Shown: positions 23,988 to 36,276, counted from the whole stretch's first letter. The stretch is 63,868 nt of DNA, filler included, from Octopus bimaculoides (GCF_001194135.2; 4 parts of 4 records of this genome joined end to end with filler, not necessarily neighbours in it), one strand, 5' to 3'. Made by a program: numbers and translations. Notes: generated from the sequence alone by a model not told the origin.

Positions 23988-25378
23988 AAGTCAGCCCTGA
24001 TTTTTATCCCTTATATTTTAAGATATCTAACTATATAATATCATGGTTTTGCTTCAATAGTTAAGATCCTTTTGATAGATTTTAAAATTAATATAAAATT
24101 CTAAGAATACATTGAAAATTGTGAAATTAACATGAAGTTCTAAGATGAAAGAAATGTCCTTTGCATTTGCCTTCCGAAATCATAAGTGTGATACCATTGA
24201 TATTTAGATTAATCTTGCGTTGTATGGACCTATGCAATAAGGGGGTTACGTAGAATTTGCAGTTGAGGGGAAAAGGATTGCGCAAATTGGTTAGTAAGTG
24301 CGTTTTTTTGTGATGCTCTAACGAACAACGAAGTTGAAAAGAGGCTGGTCCAAAGGACTAGAAACTGTAGTTGTTTTAAGATAGAAATTTCTAGAGAGAA
24401 TCGAAAGTATTAGTTGGGTAGTTCTTGTAGTATTTTGAGGATAGAATACTTCCTTATCAGACTTAACATGTAAACTACAATAACTATATTCCATCACGCG
24501 GAATACTCCTGGAGGTTTTGCATTATTGGGTTGATTTGTTGAAGATATAATGTGATGATGACGTATCGCGTTGTCTACTCAACATTCTCGAGAAAGATAG
24601 AGAAGAGTATTATCCTTATTTTAGTGTAGGCACAAAGCCACGAATTTAGGAGATCGAAGATTTGTTTAAAGCTTCTGGCAGATCTTTTCTTATCATATCA
24701 AGTACTGAGGGCAATATAATTGAATATGTCCTTCCTAAGAAATTTCTTTTCGAAAAAAAAAAAGTATAAATACACAAACATATACAAATAAATATACATT
24801 TTAAATATAATACATATAATATATATATATATATGATATGTATAATGTTGGTATGTCAGTGTGTACACACACACACACACAAGCAAACAAACAAACATTG
24901 TATTTTTCCCAAAATTATTTGAGTTTCTAAATTCTGGATACAAAATCACCTGCAGGAAGAGTGTATTGATTATCATAAAGACAACATTTTTGAGAAACTT
25001 TTCTTGCTACGAATTTCTATACAAATGTGAAATAAAAAAATAAAAAATTCCTTTGTTTTCGGATTAGTCTCTTTGGCACTGCTAAACATTAATCATTAAG
25101 AAGTTATAGTTTATTCTTCAGCCAGGATAAAGTGACTAGGTTGGTGTTGTGTTAAATGATGTATGTCTCTGAAGGTTTTGCATAAGACTCGATAAAAATT
25201 GATATCAACGAAATTAATTCAAAGAATGAATACATTAGAGAAGCTGGTTGAGTAGAGTGAAAGAATAGATGGAAACAATTCCATTAGTGTTGATATTTTT
25301 AATAGGAAGAGAGATTATGTCTGGTAGTTATCGTTGAATGTAACGAAAGTAATTTTAGTTGTTGTTGTTGATCTTGTG

Positions 25379-25443
<65 letters not shown>

Positions 25444-25474
25444 CATTATTATTATTATTATTGTTGTTATTATT

Positions 25475-26013
25475 GATTGAAAGATCAGTGCATACCATCA
25501 AAGTGACACTGGGATAAAATTTACGAAGCCCAGTATAAACATCATGACTACCCATCTTATAAGTGTACATAAGGCACATGCATCATAACCATATGTGCGC
25601 GTCATGGTGATCTCATATCAAGATTAACAGTGCATGACCTTGCATGTGGGGCCCAGTTAGAATTGTTTTCAGGACGAGTAGTCCAGCCCGCTGAAAAGGT
25701 CCCTGAATAAAGGTTGTTTAAAGATGCTGAACAAAACACCCATGTTTCCAGAGATGAATTATCCAAACCCCAAAGAGTTCCTCTCAACACATGGCTATGA
25801 TGCTCCCCCATTACTTGTCGTGATCTGAGATGCAAATATTGTCAGCCACTAAGGGATATGGTCAACTGGTTATGGTCAAACAACTGATAAGCAAATCTGT
25901 GGTATTGAGTAGAATATTTGTTGTAGCCCGTCTTCTATAACGAAACAAAACAATGTACATGATAACACTTCAGTTACGATGAGAAGCCATGAGAGCCACT
26001 GCCTGGTACTGCA
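25475..26013 (-). mobile_element. About 540-bp non-coding element flanked on both sides by (TAA)n
   Basis: GC-richer block between two long (ATT)n arrays. No pol III A/B boxes or recognisable ORF seen. Element status and orientation are inferred. Confidence 0.55.
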
Positions 26014-26026
26014 TTATTATTATTAT

Positions 26027-26073
<47 letters not shown>

Positions 26074-26081
26074 CATTATCA

Positions 26082-26150
<69 letters not shown>

Positions 26151-26151
<1 letters not shown>

Positions 26152-26560
26152 TTCTTGACTCAGGTTTGGTATTATTTCTGGTAGAATTTATGCGGCTAGC
26201 GGGTTACTACCTGTCACCTTGTATATCTACATAATTTCAACAAGTTATCAAGTGCTTGAAGCTCATCTAATGATGTTTCCTAAGAGGCAAACCTTTTGTA
26301 AAAACTCTATACGACATTCTATTTCAGTATCCTTTATCCATTTGCCTATTTCAACAATCACAGTCCTGATCATTGGTACAAACTCTACAGATTTTGTTCC
26401 AAATCCTTGCAATCTCGAATTTTAAGCTGCTGTTTATTTTTCTCTTCATCCATCTGCCTTCGTTACTATTGTAGAGAGGCAAGTGTTGTCTAATGAATGT
26501 TTCCAAACAAGATGGGTGAATGTAGCAAGGATGACACATATAAATGACGAAGCCACCTTG
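26151..26560 (-). mobile_element. R4/Dong-like non-LTR element 3' end (RLE domain C-terminus and 3' UTR) abutting (TAA)n
   Basis: LKFEIARIWN / SVEFVPMIR..GKWIKDTEIECRIEFLQKVCLLG matches the R4-type pattern KY..LK.EI.R.W..PVVIGALG..LQK.CLLG. Confidence 0.8.
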
Positions 26561-26639
26561 AGCATGATCCTATGAAACGGAAAAACTTTAAAGCAGAAAG
26601 TTACTTAGCTTGTGTAATTAAATCTATTAACATGTAACA

Positions 26640-26883
26640 TTATTGCCCGAGGTTACCGTGGTCTTTTCATAGGTTTTTCATTCCACGGATAAACCTCCCC
26701 ATTTCTTGGGAACTTTTTGTATATATTTATCTATTTTGTACATACCCCAAACGTTTTCGATTCCTTTTGATTGTTGTCCCTACTTGTGCTTTTTCTTACT
26801 TTGTTTCCGCCCCCATCGAAAAGAAAAACTCTACATTGTATTTGTCCCATATGTGTTCAGCCCTGTGTGGCTAATAAAGAAAG
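26640..26883 (+). mobile_element. 3' end of the L1/Tx1-like family
   Basis: TGTCCCATATGTGTTCAGCCCTGTGTGGCTAATAAAGAAA resembles the copy A terminus TGTCCCTTCTATGTTGAGCCCTCAATGGCTAATAAAGAAA. Confidence 0.7.
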
Positions 26884-26884
26884 T

Positions 26885-27460
26885 TATCGCAGAATCATAT
26901 GGACATGTTGGATTGATTAGTATGTGAATTCGAATTTCTTTGTCTATTTTCTCCTTGTATTTTCTGACTTATACGCTTCATCATCTTATCCCTTTAAACG
27001 TGGAAATATCACAAAATTTTGAATGTCTCCAGCTCAAGAACTCTTTCTACCTGATGACTGTATCATGTACTTCATGTTTCACGCTCCCATTTCTGACACG
27101 GTTTCAAGTGTAAAATTTTCACTGGACGATCATATTTTCGGTCCAAATTGTGGCATTTTGTCACAATGTGTGCCAACGTTTCATCCAATATTCTACATAT
27201 TCTTCGATTGTCCGACACCTCCTCTGCATGTACATATTTTCTCAAGTTGTTTGCAGTAATTGGTCTTGAGCTGTTATAATAAAGCTGTCTTTTTCATTCA
27301 AGCCCATGATTTTACTCCATCAACATTCTCAAAAGTGACCATACAGGGTTTTGTCGTCATTTTGTTGAACATGTTCTCTAAGAATTTCATTTTTGTCCTT
27401 TGCAGTTTTGATCTGTTCTTTATCCACCGTCTTTAGTAATTTTCTGTGTTGTTCTACAAA
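26885..27460 (-). mobile_element. R4/Dong-like fragment (CCHC knuckle to RLE)
   Basis: NRRICRILDETLAHIVTKC..HQVERVLELETFKIL..ILINPTCPYDSAI. Confidence 0.75.
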
Positions 27461-27618
27461 AGATTAATTGAGCTGCTTCGTTTCATCTGTATGCACTTAT
27501 CCTATCGATCCTTTTGGTTGAACATCTAAGTCACAAGGACCGAAACAAACAAACACTATTTGTCAAGCAGATTTCAACGACACACACATTAATGCTTCAA
27601 AAACACACAGATACATCT

Positions 27619-27659
<41 letters not shown>

Positions 27660-27719
27660 CATACGTTCATACATACATGTACATACATAAACACACAGAC
27701 ACACACACACACATCCTTT

Positions 27720-28197
27720 AACTTTTATCTTCTACTTGTTTGAGTCATTAGACTGCGGCCATGCTGGAGCGACGACTTGAAATAGTTTAGTCGCACAAAT
27801 CTTCTTCAGCACTTANNNNNNNNNNNNNNNNNNNNNNNNNNNNNNNNNNNNNNNNNNNNNNNNNNNNNNNNNNNNNNNNNNNNNNNNNNNNNNNNNNNNN
27901 NNNNNNNNNNNNNNNNNNNNNNNNNNNNNNNNNNNNNNNNNNNNNNNNNNNNNNNNNNNNNNNNNNNNNNNNNNNNNNNNNNNNNNNNNNNNNNNNNNNN
28001 NNNNNNNNNNNNNNNNNNNNNNNNNNNNNNNNNNNNNNNNNNNNNNNNNNNNNNNNNNNNNNNNNGAATATATGTGTGTATGGCGGGCTTATTTTCAGCC
28101 TCCGTCCACAATGGTCTTGTTAGAAGTTTATGGGGACTGAAACCGAAACCGTTGGTTGGGAAGCAAACATCTTACCACACAGCCACGCCTGCGCCTA
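27720..28197 (-). mobile_element. SINE family B (tail, gap, head)
   Basis: GACTGCGGCCATGCTGGAGC tail and CTTACCACACAGCCACGCCTGCGCC head (reverse complement). Confidence 0.8.
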
Positions 28198-28401
28198 TAC
28201 CTAAAAAAAAGAATCAATTATTAAAAACGCTACATATCATCACCTGATAATCGATTCAATGTGCTAGGATTCGATTTACCAGTGTGAGCTTGAGTGTGTG
28301 TGTGTGTGTTTGTGGAGGGGACATATTTCACATGCATTTAGTCGTTAATGTTTTTAGTGAATCTTTTAAACAGTACAATATCCCACTTCTGCACCTTACA
28401 G

Positions 28402-28479
28402 TATCTTGTTTTGTATGTAAAGAGCAATAATGAGAAGTATCAAGACGTGAAAATCCCGCTGTGTGGCCTAGGGCATGAG
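28402..28479 (+). CDS. Candidate 78-nt phase-0/0 exon
   Basis: TCCCACTTCTGCACCTTACAG acceptor and GAG|GTAAGT donor. Only frame 0 is open: YLVLYVKSNNEKYQDVKIPLCGLGHE. Confidence 0.3.
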
Positions 28480-29100
28480 GTAAGTTACTGGGAAACCGAC
28501 ATTATGACGCGGCTTCAACTTCCGGTTGCATTCATTTCACTTCCATTACGCCACTAATATCCTTGGCAAAGGATATTATTTTCCCTATCTCCTCCCTTAA
28601 AATACAGGGCATTTGTGTTTCTAGCCCCCAAAGAAACTCATAATTAGAAGGTGTTGGTGGGTTATAATGCTATAGTGTTGTCGCGGTTGATGTTGTTTAT
28701 AATATTGTTCCCGCTGTTGTTGCAGTAGTGAGGGCTATGACGTCAGTAATGGTGATAGTAGTATTGATGTGAGGAAGAAGAAAAGAAGGAGGAGCAGCAG
28801 CAGAGAGATAGAGAAAACAGACCCCCCCCCCAAAAAAAAACAGAAAGAAACGATATTCATTGGCAGAAGGAGTATCAAGTATGAATGAACAGTGGACGAG
28901 AATACAATCATTTTTTTCTGGACAGTACAAGACATTCTTTCTTTCCGGATTATTTTGTAAACCCTCTCAGGCAATCATGTAAACTATTCTCACCAATTAA
29001 ATCCCATTCGCGCTTTAATAGTAATTCCAGAAACTCTTTATATTCCCTGTCTGCAAGGCAAAATATCTTAGGAAGAAATCCCTCTTGTTCCGGGTCTCAC

Positions 29101-29123
29101 CTTTTATACCACGCCACCGCCAT
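29101..29123 (-). CDS. Candidate first coding exon (MAVAWYK + 2 nt)
   Basis: Minus strand AAG ATG GCG GTG GCG TGG TAT AAA AG|GTGAGA: good start context overlapping a YY1 consensus, followed by a near-consensus donor. Confidence 0.4.
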
Positions 29124-29288
29124 CTTAATCGCACACATGCAAACATATAAACGCGCACACACATACAGACACACATACACGCATAGACAGATGTGCGCGC
29201 GCAGAAACACAGATACAGAACTTCTAATAAGCAAGACAACTACCAAAACCAGCTAGCCAACCAGCAAGAGAGGCAGCTTGCCAATCAG
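29117..29288 (-). promoter_or_regulatory. Candidate promoter motifs (YY1 site, CCAAT box)
   Basis: CCGCCATCTT at 29117-29126 and TGCCAATCAG at 29279-29288. ETS-like ACTTCCGGT at 28518-28526. Confidence 0.35.
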
Positions 29289-29571
29289 TCAACCGTCAGT
29301 GCAACCAAACTGAACCAGTCATAAGAGAGAGACGAATAATGTTTAAGTCTGTTATTTGACTTGAAGAAACAACAACAACGAAAGCAAATACAAGGTGTGG
29401 GGGGAAAGGAGATGATAAATAATAGGAAGAAGAATTGGGAGAAGTAAAACAACGTAAACTAATTCAGCACTATCACGATGGAGTTCATATACGTGACGTA
29501 TGGTGAGCGTGAGTGAATGAATGGAGTTTGTCTGGTTGTGGGTCATAGGCATTAGTTCGCCGAGTTGCACC

Positions 29572-29612
<41 letters not shown>

Positions 29613-30977
29613 TTAGAAATGCAGAGACGCCTATAATAGGACATCTACTCGCTAGAAATAGCAGCAAAAATACTACATACCACAAAAGTTAGGGATAATT
29701 TCGAAAGGAAATGAAAAATAAAAACTTTTACCAATCTATATTCTGTACCATGGTTTCAAGTCAATTTTAGTAAGATAAAGATTATATCTTACAAGGTCAG
29801 ACTTTNNNNNNNNNNNNNNNNNNNNNNNNNNNNNNNNNNNNNNNNNNNNNNNNNNNNNNNNNNNNNNNNNNNNNNNNNNNNNNNNNNNNNNNNNNNNNNN
29901 NNNNNNNNNNNNNNNNNNNNNNNNNNNNNNNNNNNNNNNNNNNNNNNNNNNNNNNNNNNNNNNNNNNNNNNNNNNNNNNNNNNNNNNNNNNNNNNNNNNN
30001 NNNNNNNNNNNNNNNNNNNNNNNNNNNNNNNNNNNNNNNNNNNNNNNNNNNNNNNNNNNNNNNNNNNNNNNNNNNNNNNNNNNNNNNNNNNNNNNNNNNN
30101 NNNNNNNNNNNNNNNNNNNNNNNNNNNNNNNNNNNNNNNNNNNNNNNNNNNNNNNNNNNNNNNNNNNNNNNNNNNNNNNNNNNNNNNNNNNNNNNNNNNN
30201 NNNNNNNNNNNNNNNNNNNNNNNNNNNNNNNNNNNNNNNNNNNNNNNNNNNNNNNNNNNNNNNNNAGGAAAACAAACAGAAAAGGCTTTACGGCCAGACG
30301 AGAAAAATTATGTGTGTATGAACGCGATGAGGCACGGACCCGAGAGGGACAAAGTGGTGCGTGCGTTGCTTGGCGAAAGGATTATTGACCGGAAGCATGT
30401 GACCATGCCGGTGTAAAGGGAAGAGAGAGAGTGGTAGAGGGAGAGACAGAGGGAGGAAGTAGAAGAATAGGTGAGCAACGAGAGGAAAAGAGAAAGAGAG
30501 GAAACACGAGGGGGAAAAAGAGATACATAGTAGTAACAGAGGAAGAACGAGAGGGGTAAAGCGAGATACGTAGTAGTACAGAGGAAGATATATAATGGGG
30601 AGATAAGCGAGAAAAAATGCAAAAAGCAAGTGGGTGAGAGAATGAATATTTATGAAAAGGAAAGAGAAAAAAAAAATTAGGGAGGTTGCCAAAACTGTGC
30701 CATTACGAAGTGGCTGAGATAAAAATTAAATGAAGAAAACAAAACAAAGAGTATGCAGAGCAGAGAGAAGAGCAAACAACAACAAAAAGAACAACGATAA
30801 TAACACAAAAAAAATAACAATTTAACAACAAAATACCAGATACTACGGTAGGGCTAAAAAAAATAGACACCCTGCTGAGTGATTGTCTCCAAGATAGGTT
30901 AATTACTGCATAAAAAAGAAAGAAAAATCTGAGATAGGGATGACAAAAAATATAATAATAATAATAATAATAATAAT

Positions 30978-31172
30978 GGTTTCAAATTTTGCCACAATAG
31001 CAGCCAATTTTGGTGGTGGGGGGGATAACTCGATTACATGGACCCACAATGTAACACTGGTACTTAGTTTATCGACCCCGAAAGGATGAAAGGCAAAGTC
31101 GACCTCGGCGGAATTTGAAGTCTGAACGTAGCTATGGACGAACTACCACTAAGCATTTCATCCAGCTCTATA
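30978..31172 (-). mobile_element. SINE family A
   Basis: TTTATCGACCCCGAAAGGATGAAAGGCAAAGTCGACCTCGGCGGAATTTGAA core with an (ATT)n tail. Confidence 0.9.
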
Positions 31173-31418
31173 ATGATAATGACAATAATAATGACCATAA
31201 TAATTTAATCTTTTTCCTCTTTCTTCTTCTTCTTCATCTTCTTCTTCTTCTTCTTCTTCTTCTTCTTCTTCTTCTTCTTCTCCTCCCCCTCCTCCTCCTC
31301 CTCCTTTACTACTACTACNNNNNNNNNNNNNNNNNNNNNNNNNNNNNNNNNNNNNNNNNNNNTTAATTAATTAANNNNNNNNNNNNNNNNNNNNNNNNNN
31401 NNNNNNNNNNNNNNNNNN

Positions 31419-31740
31419 GCTCTTCAATGCCCTGCCAAAACATTTGAGAGACCTGCAAGACACGGATGTGGAGGTTTTCAAGACAAAACTCGACGCTTTC
31501 CTCTCCACGATACCAGACGAACCATTGGCTCGAAATGAGACACAGTTTCGGGCAGCGATGTCAAATTCTCTTATACACCAGATGTGCCATCAAAACTCTT
31601 GATTGGACTATATCAGGTGCAGGAGAAGAGCCATGCAAGGAACGTGAAGAGAGCAAAGCGTAAAGACAGAAAATCACGGTGGTGCTCCAGCATGACCACA
31701 GCCACTTGGCTGAAGCTCATAAATAAATAAATAAATAAAT
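31419..31740 (+). mobile_element. CR1/L2-group LINE 3' end (ORF2 C-terminus 31420-31602, 3' UTR, (TAAA)n tail)
   Basis: LFNALPKHLRDLQDTDVEVFKTKLDAFLSTIPDEP..RAAMSNSLIHQ, followed by GGTGGTGCTCCAGCATGACCACAGCC..ATAAATAAATAAA. Confidence 0.88.
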
Positions 31741-31750
31741 ATATATATAC

Positions 31751-31811
<61 letters not shown>

Positions 31812-32016
31812 CATACATAATTCAAATTTACAGAAAATTAAAGCCAAATGACAGGTGTAGGAACAACAAGCATCTGTGTTAGATTAACGTTCGGGGAAAT
31901 AGATAAGTCGTTCAGAGATTTAAAATTAATAGTTTTTTCTATTTACAAAATTAGTGACTGTATGTCACTTTAAACCTTCGAACAAGATTTAGTGCTGCCA
32001 TCTCTAGGCAAGCGAT

Positions 32017-32066
32017 TATCTGTGCTGATGAAGAGAAACAGCCCAGAAACCATTAGTACATAGATA
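32017..32066 (+). ncRNA. Type-I hammerhead ribozyme-like motif (stem II degenerate)
   Basis: TATCTGTG-CTGATGA-[14 nt]-GAAAC-CATTA-GTA-CATAGATA. Stem I is 8 bp with one G-U, stem III is AC/GT, and the cleavage triplet is GUA. Confidence 0.6.
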
Positions 32067-32624
32067 TCGGTTTGAGCTGAGTGGGGACAATAGGTCCCTT
32101 GTTTGAAGTGTAAGGACGCACCTAGTGCGTCGACAGCCAGCTGTAGAAGATGTTTCCTGGGGCTAAAAAGTAATAAAATTCGTTCGAATCAGGACTGCCA
32201 CTTTACGTAGGCAAAAAACCTTTACTCTAAAGTACTGTTGCTACATGTTTCTCGTTCAGAGATTTAGAATTAATAGTTGATANNNNNNNNNNNNNNNNNN
32301 NNNNNNNNNNNNNNNNNNNNNNNNNNNNNNNNNNNNNNNNNNNNNNNNNNNNNNNNNNNNNNNNNNNNNNNNNNNNNNNNNNNNNNNNNNNNNNNNNNNN
32401 NNNNNNNNNNNNNNNNNNNNNNNNNNNNNNNNNNNNNNNNNNNNNNNNNNNNNNNNNNNNNNNNNNNNNNNNNNNNNNNNNNNNNNNNNNNNNNNNNNNN
32501 NNNNNNNNNNNNNNNNNNNNNNNNNNNNNNNNNNNNNNNNNNNNNNNNNNNNNNNNNNNNNNNNNNNNNNNNNNNNNNNNNNNNNNNNNNNNNNNNNNNN
32601 NNNNNNNNNNNNNNNNNNNNNNNN

Positions 32625-32709
32625 GTATATGGGTGGTCAAGAGCTTGCTTCCCAACCACATGGTTCTGGGTTCAGTCCCACTGCCTTGCAACTTGGGCAA
32701 GTATCTTCT

Positions 32710-32772
<63 letters not shown>

Positions 32773-33005
32773 TGTGTGAGAGGTATGAGTGCGGGTTTGT
32801 CTGTCTTTGCCCGCCCTCCGTCGCATAACAACTGGTGTTGGTGTATTTACATGCCCGTGACTTTGTGGTTTCGGTAAAAGAGGCCGATAGAATAGATATT
32901 GGGCTTACAAAGAATAAGTCCCGGGGTCGATTTCTTCGACTGAAAAAACATATAAGGTGGTGCTTTTGCATAGCTGCACTCAAATTATTGAAACAAATAA
33001 AACAA
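32625..33005 (+). mobile_element. SINE family B with internal (GATA)n
   Basis: GCTTGCTTCCCAACCACATGGTTCTGGGTTCAGTCCCAC head and AAGAATAAGTCCCGGGGTCGATTT..AAGGTGGTGC tail. Confidence 0.85.
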
Positions 33006-33755
33006 TAAAAGAATACACACACGCACACATACACACATGCACAGAAACACACACACACACACATTCACTCACTCACTCGCATTCACATATAGAGATAAAT
33101 TGGGATGCAAATTATATTATTTTTATATGTCTTTCCTTTGCTCCGAATTCTATCAGCGAATCAGTTACTCAGTATATCCTCTCTGAAATAACGTGAGTTA
33201 TGCCAATAAATATGGAATTTAACTACTAGCAATCAGTAGCCTGATTAGCTGTGTTTTGTTTGTTGAAACCATACAGATGATAACGAAAACAATCTAAACA
33301 GAATTACGTAGAATCAAAATATTATAATCAAATAAGAATTCTTCGAATTAGTGGAAAGTAGTAATGGTCCGTGTTGGCTAGAGTTAATTCACTGGAAAGG
33401 CAAATGAAGATAGGTTTTTTTTCTTTAAAAGATGAAGAAATGCTGCAGTGCTGGTATCATGCTATCAGGGCGTTTACTATTAGCTATCAGTTTGATTGGT
33501 ACCTGGCGCCAGTTATAGTCTCGTTTATTTTCTATTTGTCAACGTAAGTTCCGTTTAATGTACAATCAGAGACGTACAAGAACGCAAAGAGAAGATTTAT
33601 GCGCATATATGTATAGAAACGCACTTACGCATGCACATTCACTCACACATATATATAATATATATACACACAGCAAATACAGAATACACTTATAGTTTGT
33701 GTGTGTGTGTATATATATATATGCATACGTGTATATATATATATATATATGTATG

Positions 33756-33805
<50 letters not shown>

Positions 33806-34101
33806 CTTGTATATATATATATGTATATATATATATACATATAAATATTCATGTATATATAGACTTGTACACATATACATATAGACACGCACACACACAT
33901 ATATATAGAAGGGGGTATATATATAGACAGGGNNNNNNNNNNNNNNNNNNNNNNNNNNNNNNNNNNNNNNNNNNNNNNNNNNNNNNNNNNNNNNNNNNNN
34001 NNNNNNNNNNNNNNNNNNNNNNNNNNNNNNNNNNNNNNNNNNNNNNNNNNNNNNNNNNNNNNNNNNNNNNNNNNNNNNNNNNNNNNNNNNNNNNNNNNNN
34101 N

Positions 34102-34145
<44 letters not shown>

Positions 34146-34168
34146 TATCATATATCATATATATACAT

Positions 34169-34219
<51 letters not shown>

Positions 34220-35809
34220 CCTGTATATACATATAGATATATGTGTGGGGGGGATGCATGGATGGATGGATGGACGCATAGATGGATGCATGGCGGGATG
34301 CATGGATGTATTTCTCCATTTTTGCTTTTTTTTTTATATGCGTGTGTCTGCAAACGTGTGTATTTGTAAATGTTATTCATGGTTGTAAATGTGTATATGT
34401 CTATGTAAGTTTGTGTAAATATATATATACATATACATATTTATACACTCACACATATATGTATGTGTGTATGTATGTATGCAGAAGCATATAATTTAAT
34501 CAAATATACACGCAAGAATATACACGCGACGTACAATGAAAAGGACGAATATTAATTAACAAATAACAGTTTGCCACACTCTCTATGTATATATTTGTGT
34601 GTGTGTGTTCGCGCGCGCGTGTTTGTGTGTGTATGTGTGTGTGTAACCTCTCGAATTACACAAAATATTGGAAATCTAGAAAACACGTACACAAAACTAG
34701 CAAAAAACATTGAGTGAATGTATGTATAACTGAAATACAATCCTTCAGTTGTGAATACCGTGATGCATACAGAATGACAGCAGAAGTAACTAAAGATACA
34801 GCCGTCTTCTAATATTTTAGTACGGCAAAATTGATTTTAAACAAGATATTACTTATGTCGTGTTTAGCTGAAAGTGAGATAGCACTGTCGGATGAATGAA
34901 AGAAAGAAGAATGAGGACTCTCGTGTGTTTATTAAAGGAAGAAACTCACAAACATATACATGTAGTACATATATAAAATACAGAAATAAATTTATCAGTA
35001 AAGAAACGGTAATGGTAAAGCGGAAAAAAATCCTATTAGTTTAACGATTCTGAATGTTTTGGAGCAAAACAAAATACGTAGGCGAATATCATGATGAGTG
35101 GAGAAGAAAATAAAGCATTCAAGGCTAGAATTTTGATAAATGAGATATGATCTTTATAGTTGTATTTGAAACAAGAAAAATGGCGGAAAATAACATGTAA
35201 CTGAAGTTGTGTACTGTAACAGAGTTTTAGACATAATACGCCACTTTGCTTGGCTCATGGCAGCGTCAAATGGAGTCCACTCTTCCGAGAGCTAAAGGTG
35301 TAATCTTTACGCCAGTCCTGGAATTACTGAATGGCACGCCAATGGAAAATTATCTTGAATTATTTTAATAGAGCGGCTCGGCTCGCCTGACGATGTGCTA
35401 TATCTCATGCATCCCGCCTTTCCACAAAGTCTGCCCATGTCTGCTCTGTCATCACTCTGCTGAAAATGACAACCAAAGCTTCTCCAAATCTCAATGCATA
35501 GGGAAAAAATGGATCATCACGACTGGAATAACTTTTATCACAAGTCATTTCGATCATTGTTGATCTTCGACCATGCAACAACAACAACAACAACAACTGT
35601 GAAAATTCAATCTCTTGTGAGTATTCGGAATAGATCTCCTGTTTGAGGAAAACTTTGTCCTTTCCAGCAATTACGGAAGCCATAAAAAGAGACATGCGAT
35701 GCAATCCATTACTGATATAGTTCCCTATAACACATATATAATAGCAGGTATAGTTATGTGATTAAGCGGTTCGCTTCACAACCAACAGGTATTCATACCT
35801 TTAAAAGCA

Positions 35810-36060
35810 AGAAATACTGGTGCAATACCCCCAATAAAAACATCGATTCACTGCAAACATAACAGACCCGATATTGTACTGTGTGACGCGGAACAAATGT
35901 TTTGCACTGCTGGAGAGGTCAGCTACACAGCGGTTGTGAATGTACGATCAAAAGTCTAAGAAAACGAGAACAATTATGACAAATTAAAGCGGAACTCACA
36001 GCTCTTGTACTCTGAGTATGAATTCTCAAGTGTACTTATCATCAGAGATGCATAACAAAC
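35810..36060 (+). mobile_element. RLE (PD-D/ExK) endonuclease fragment of a non-LTR element
   Basis: KYWCNTP/IKTSIHCKHNRPDIVLCD..GEVSY..NENNYDKLKRNSQLLYSEYEF. Confidence 0.8.
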
Positions 36061-36276
36061 TTGCACCGGTTTCATGGAAAAAGAGCAAACGAAATTAGTG
36101 TTATGCCCTGACAGTTCAACCAATATACTCAACAACATATTTACAAACACCAGGAACTCTTTAAACTCAATAAATCTTGTCACTTTGTTAGTGACCAGCT
36201 TGAACTCTCTCAAGAGGAACTTCAAGTAAACTCAAAGAAATATCATACATATAAACACACGCACAAACACATATGC

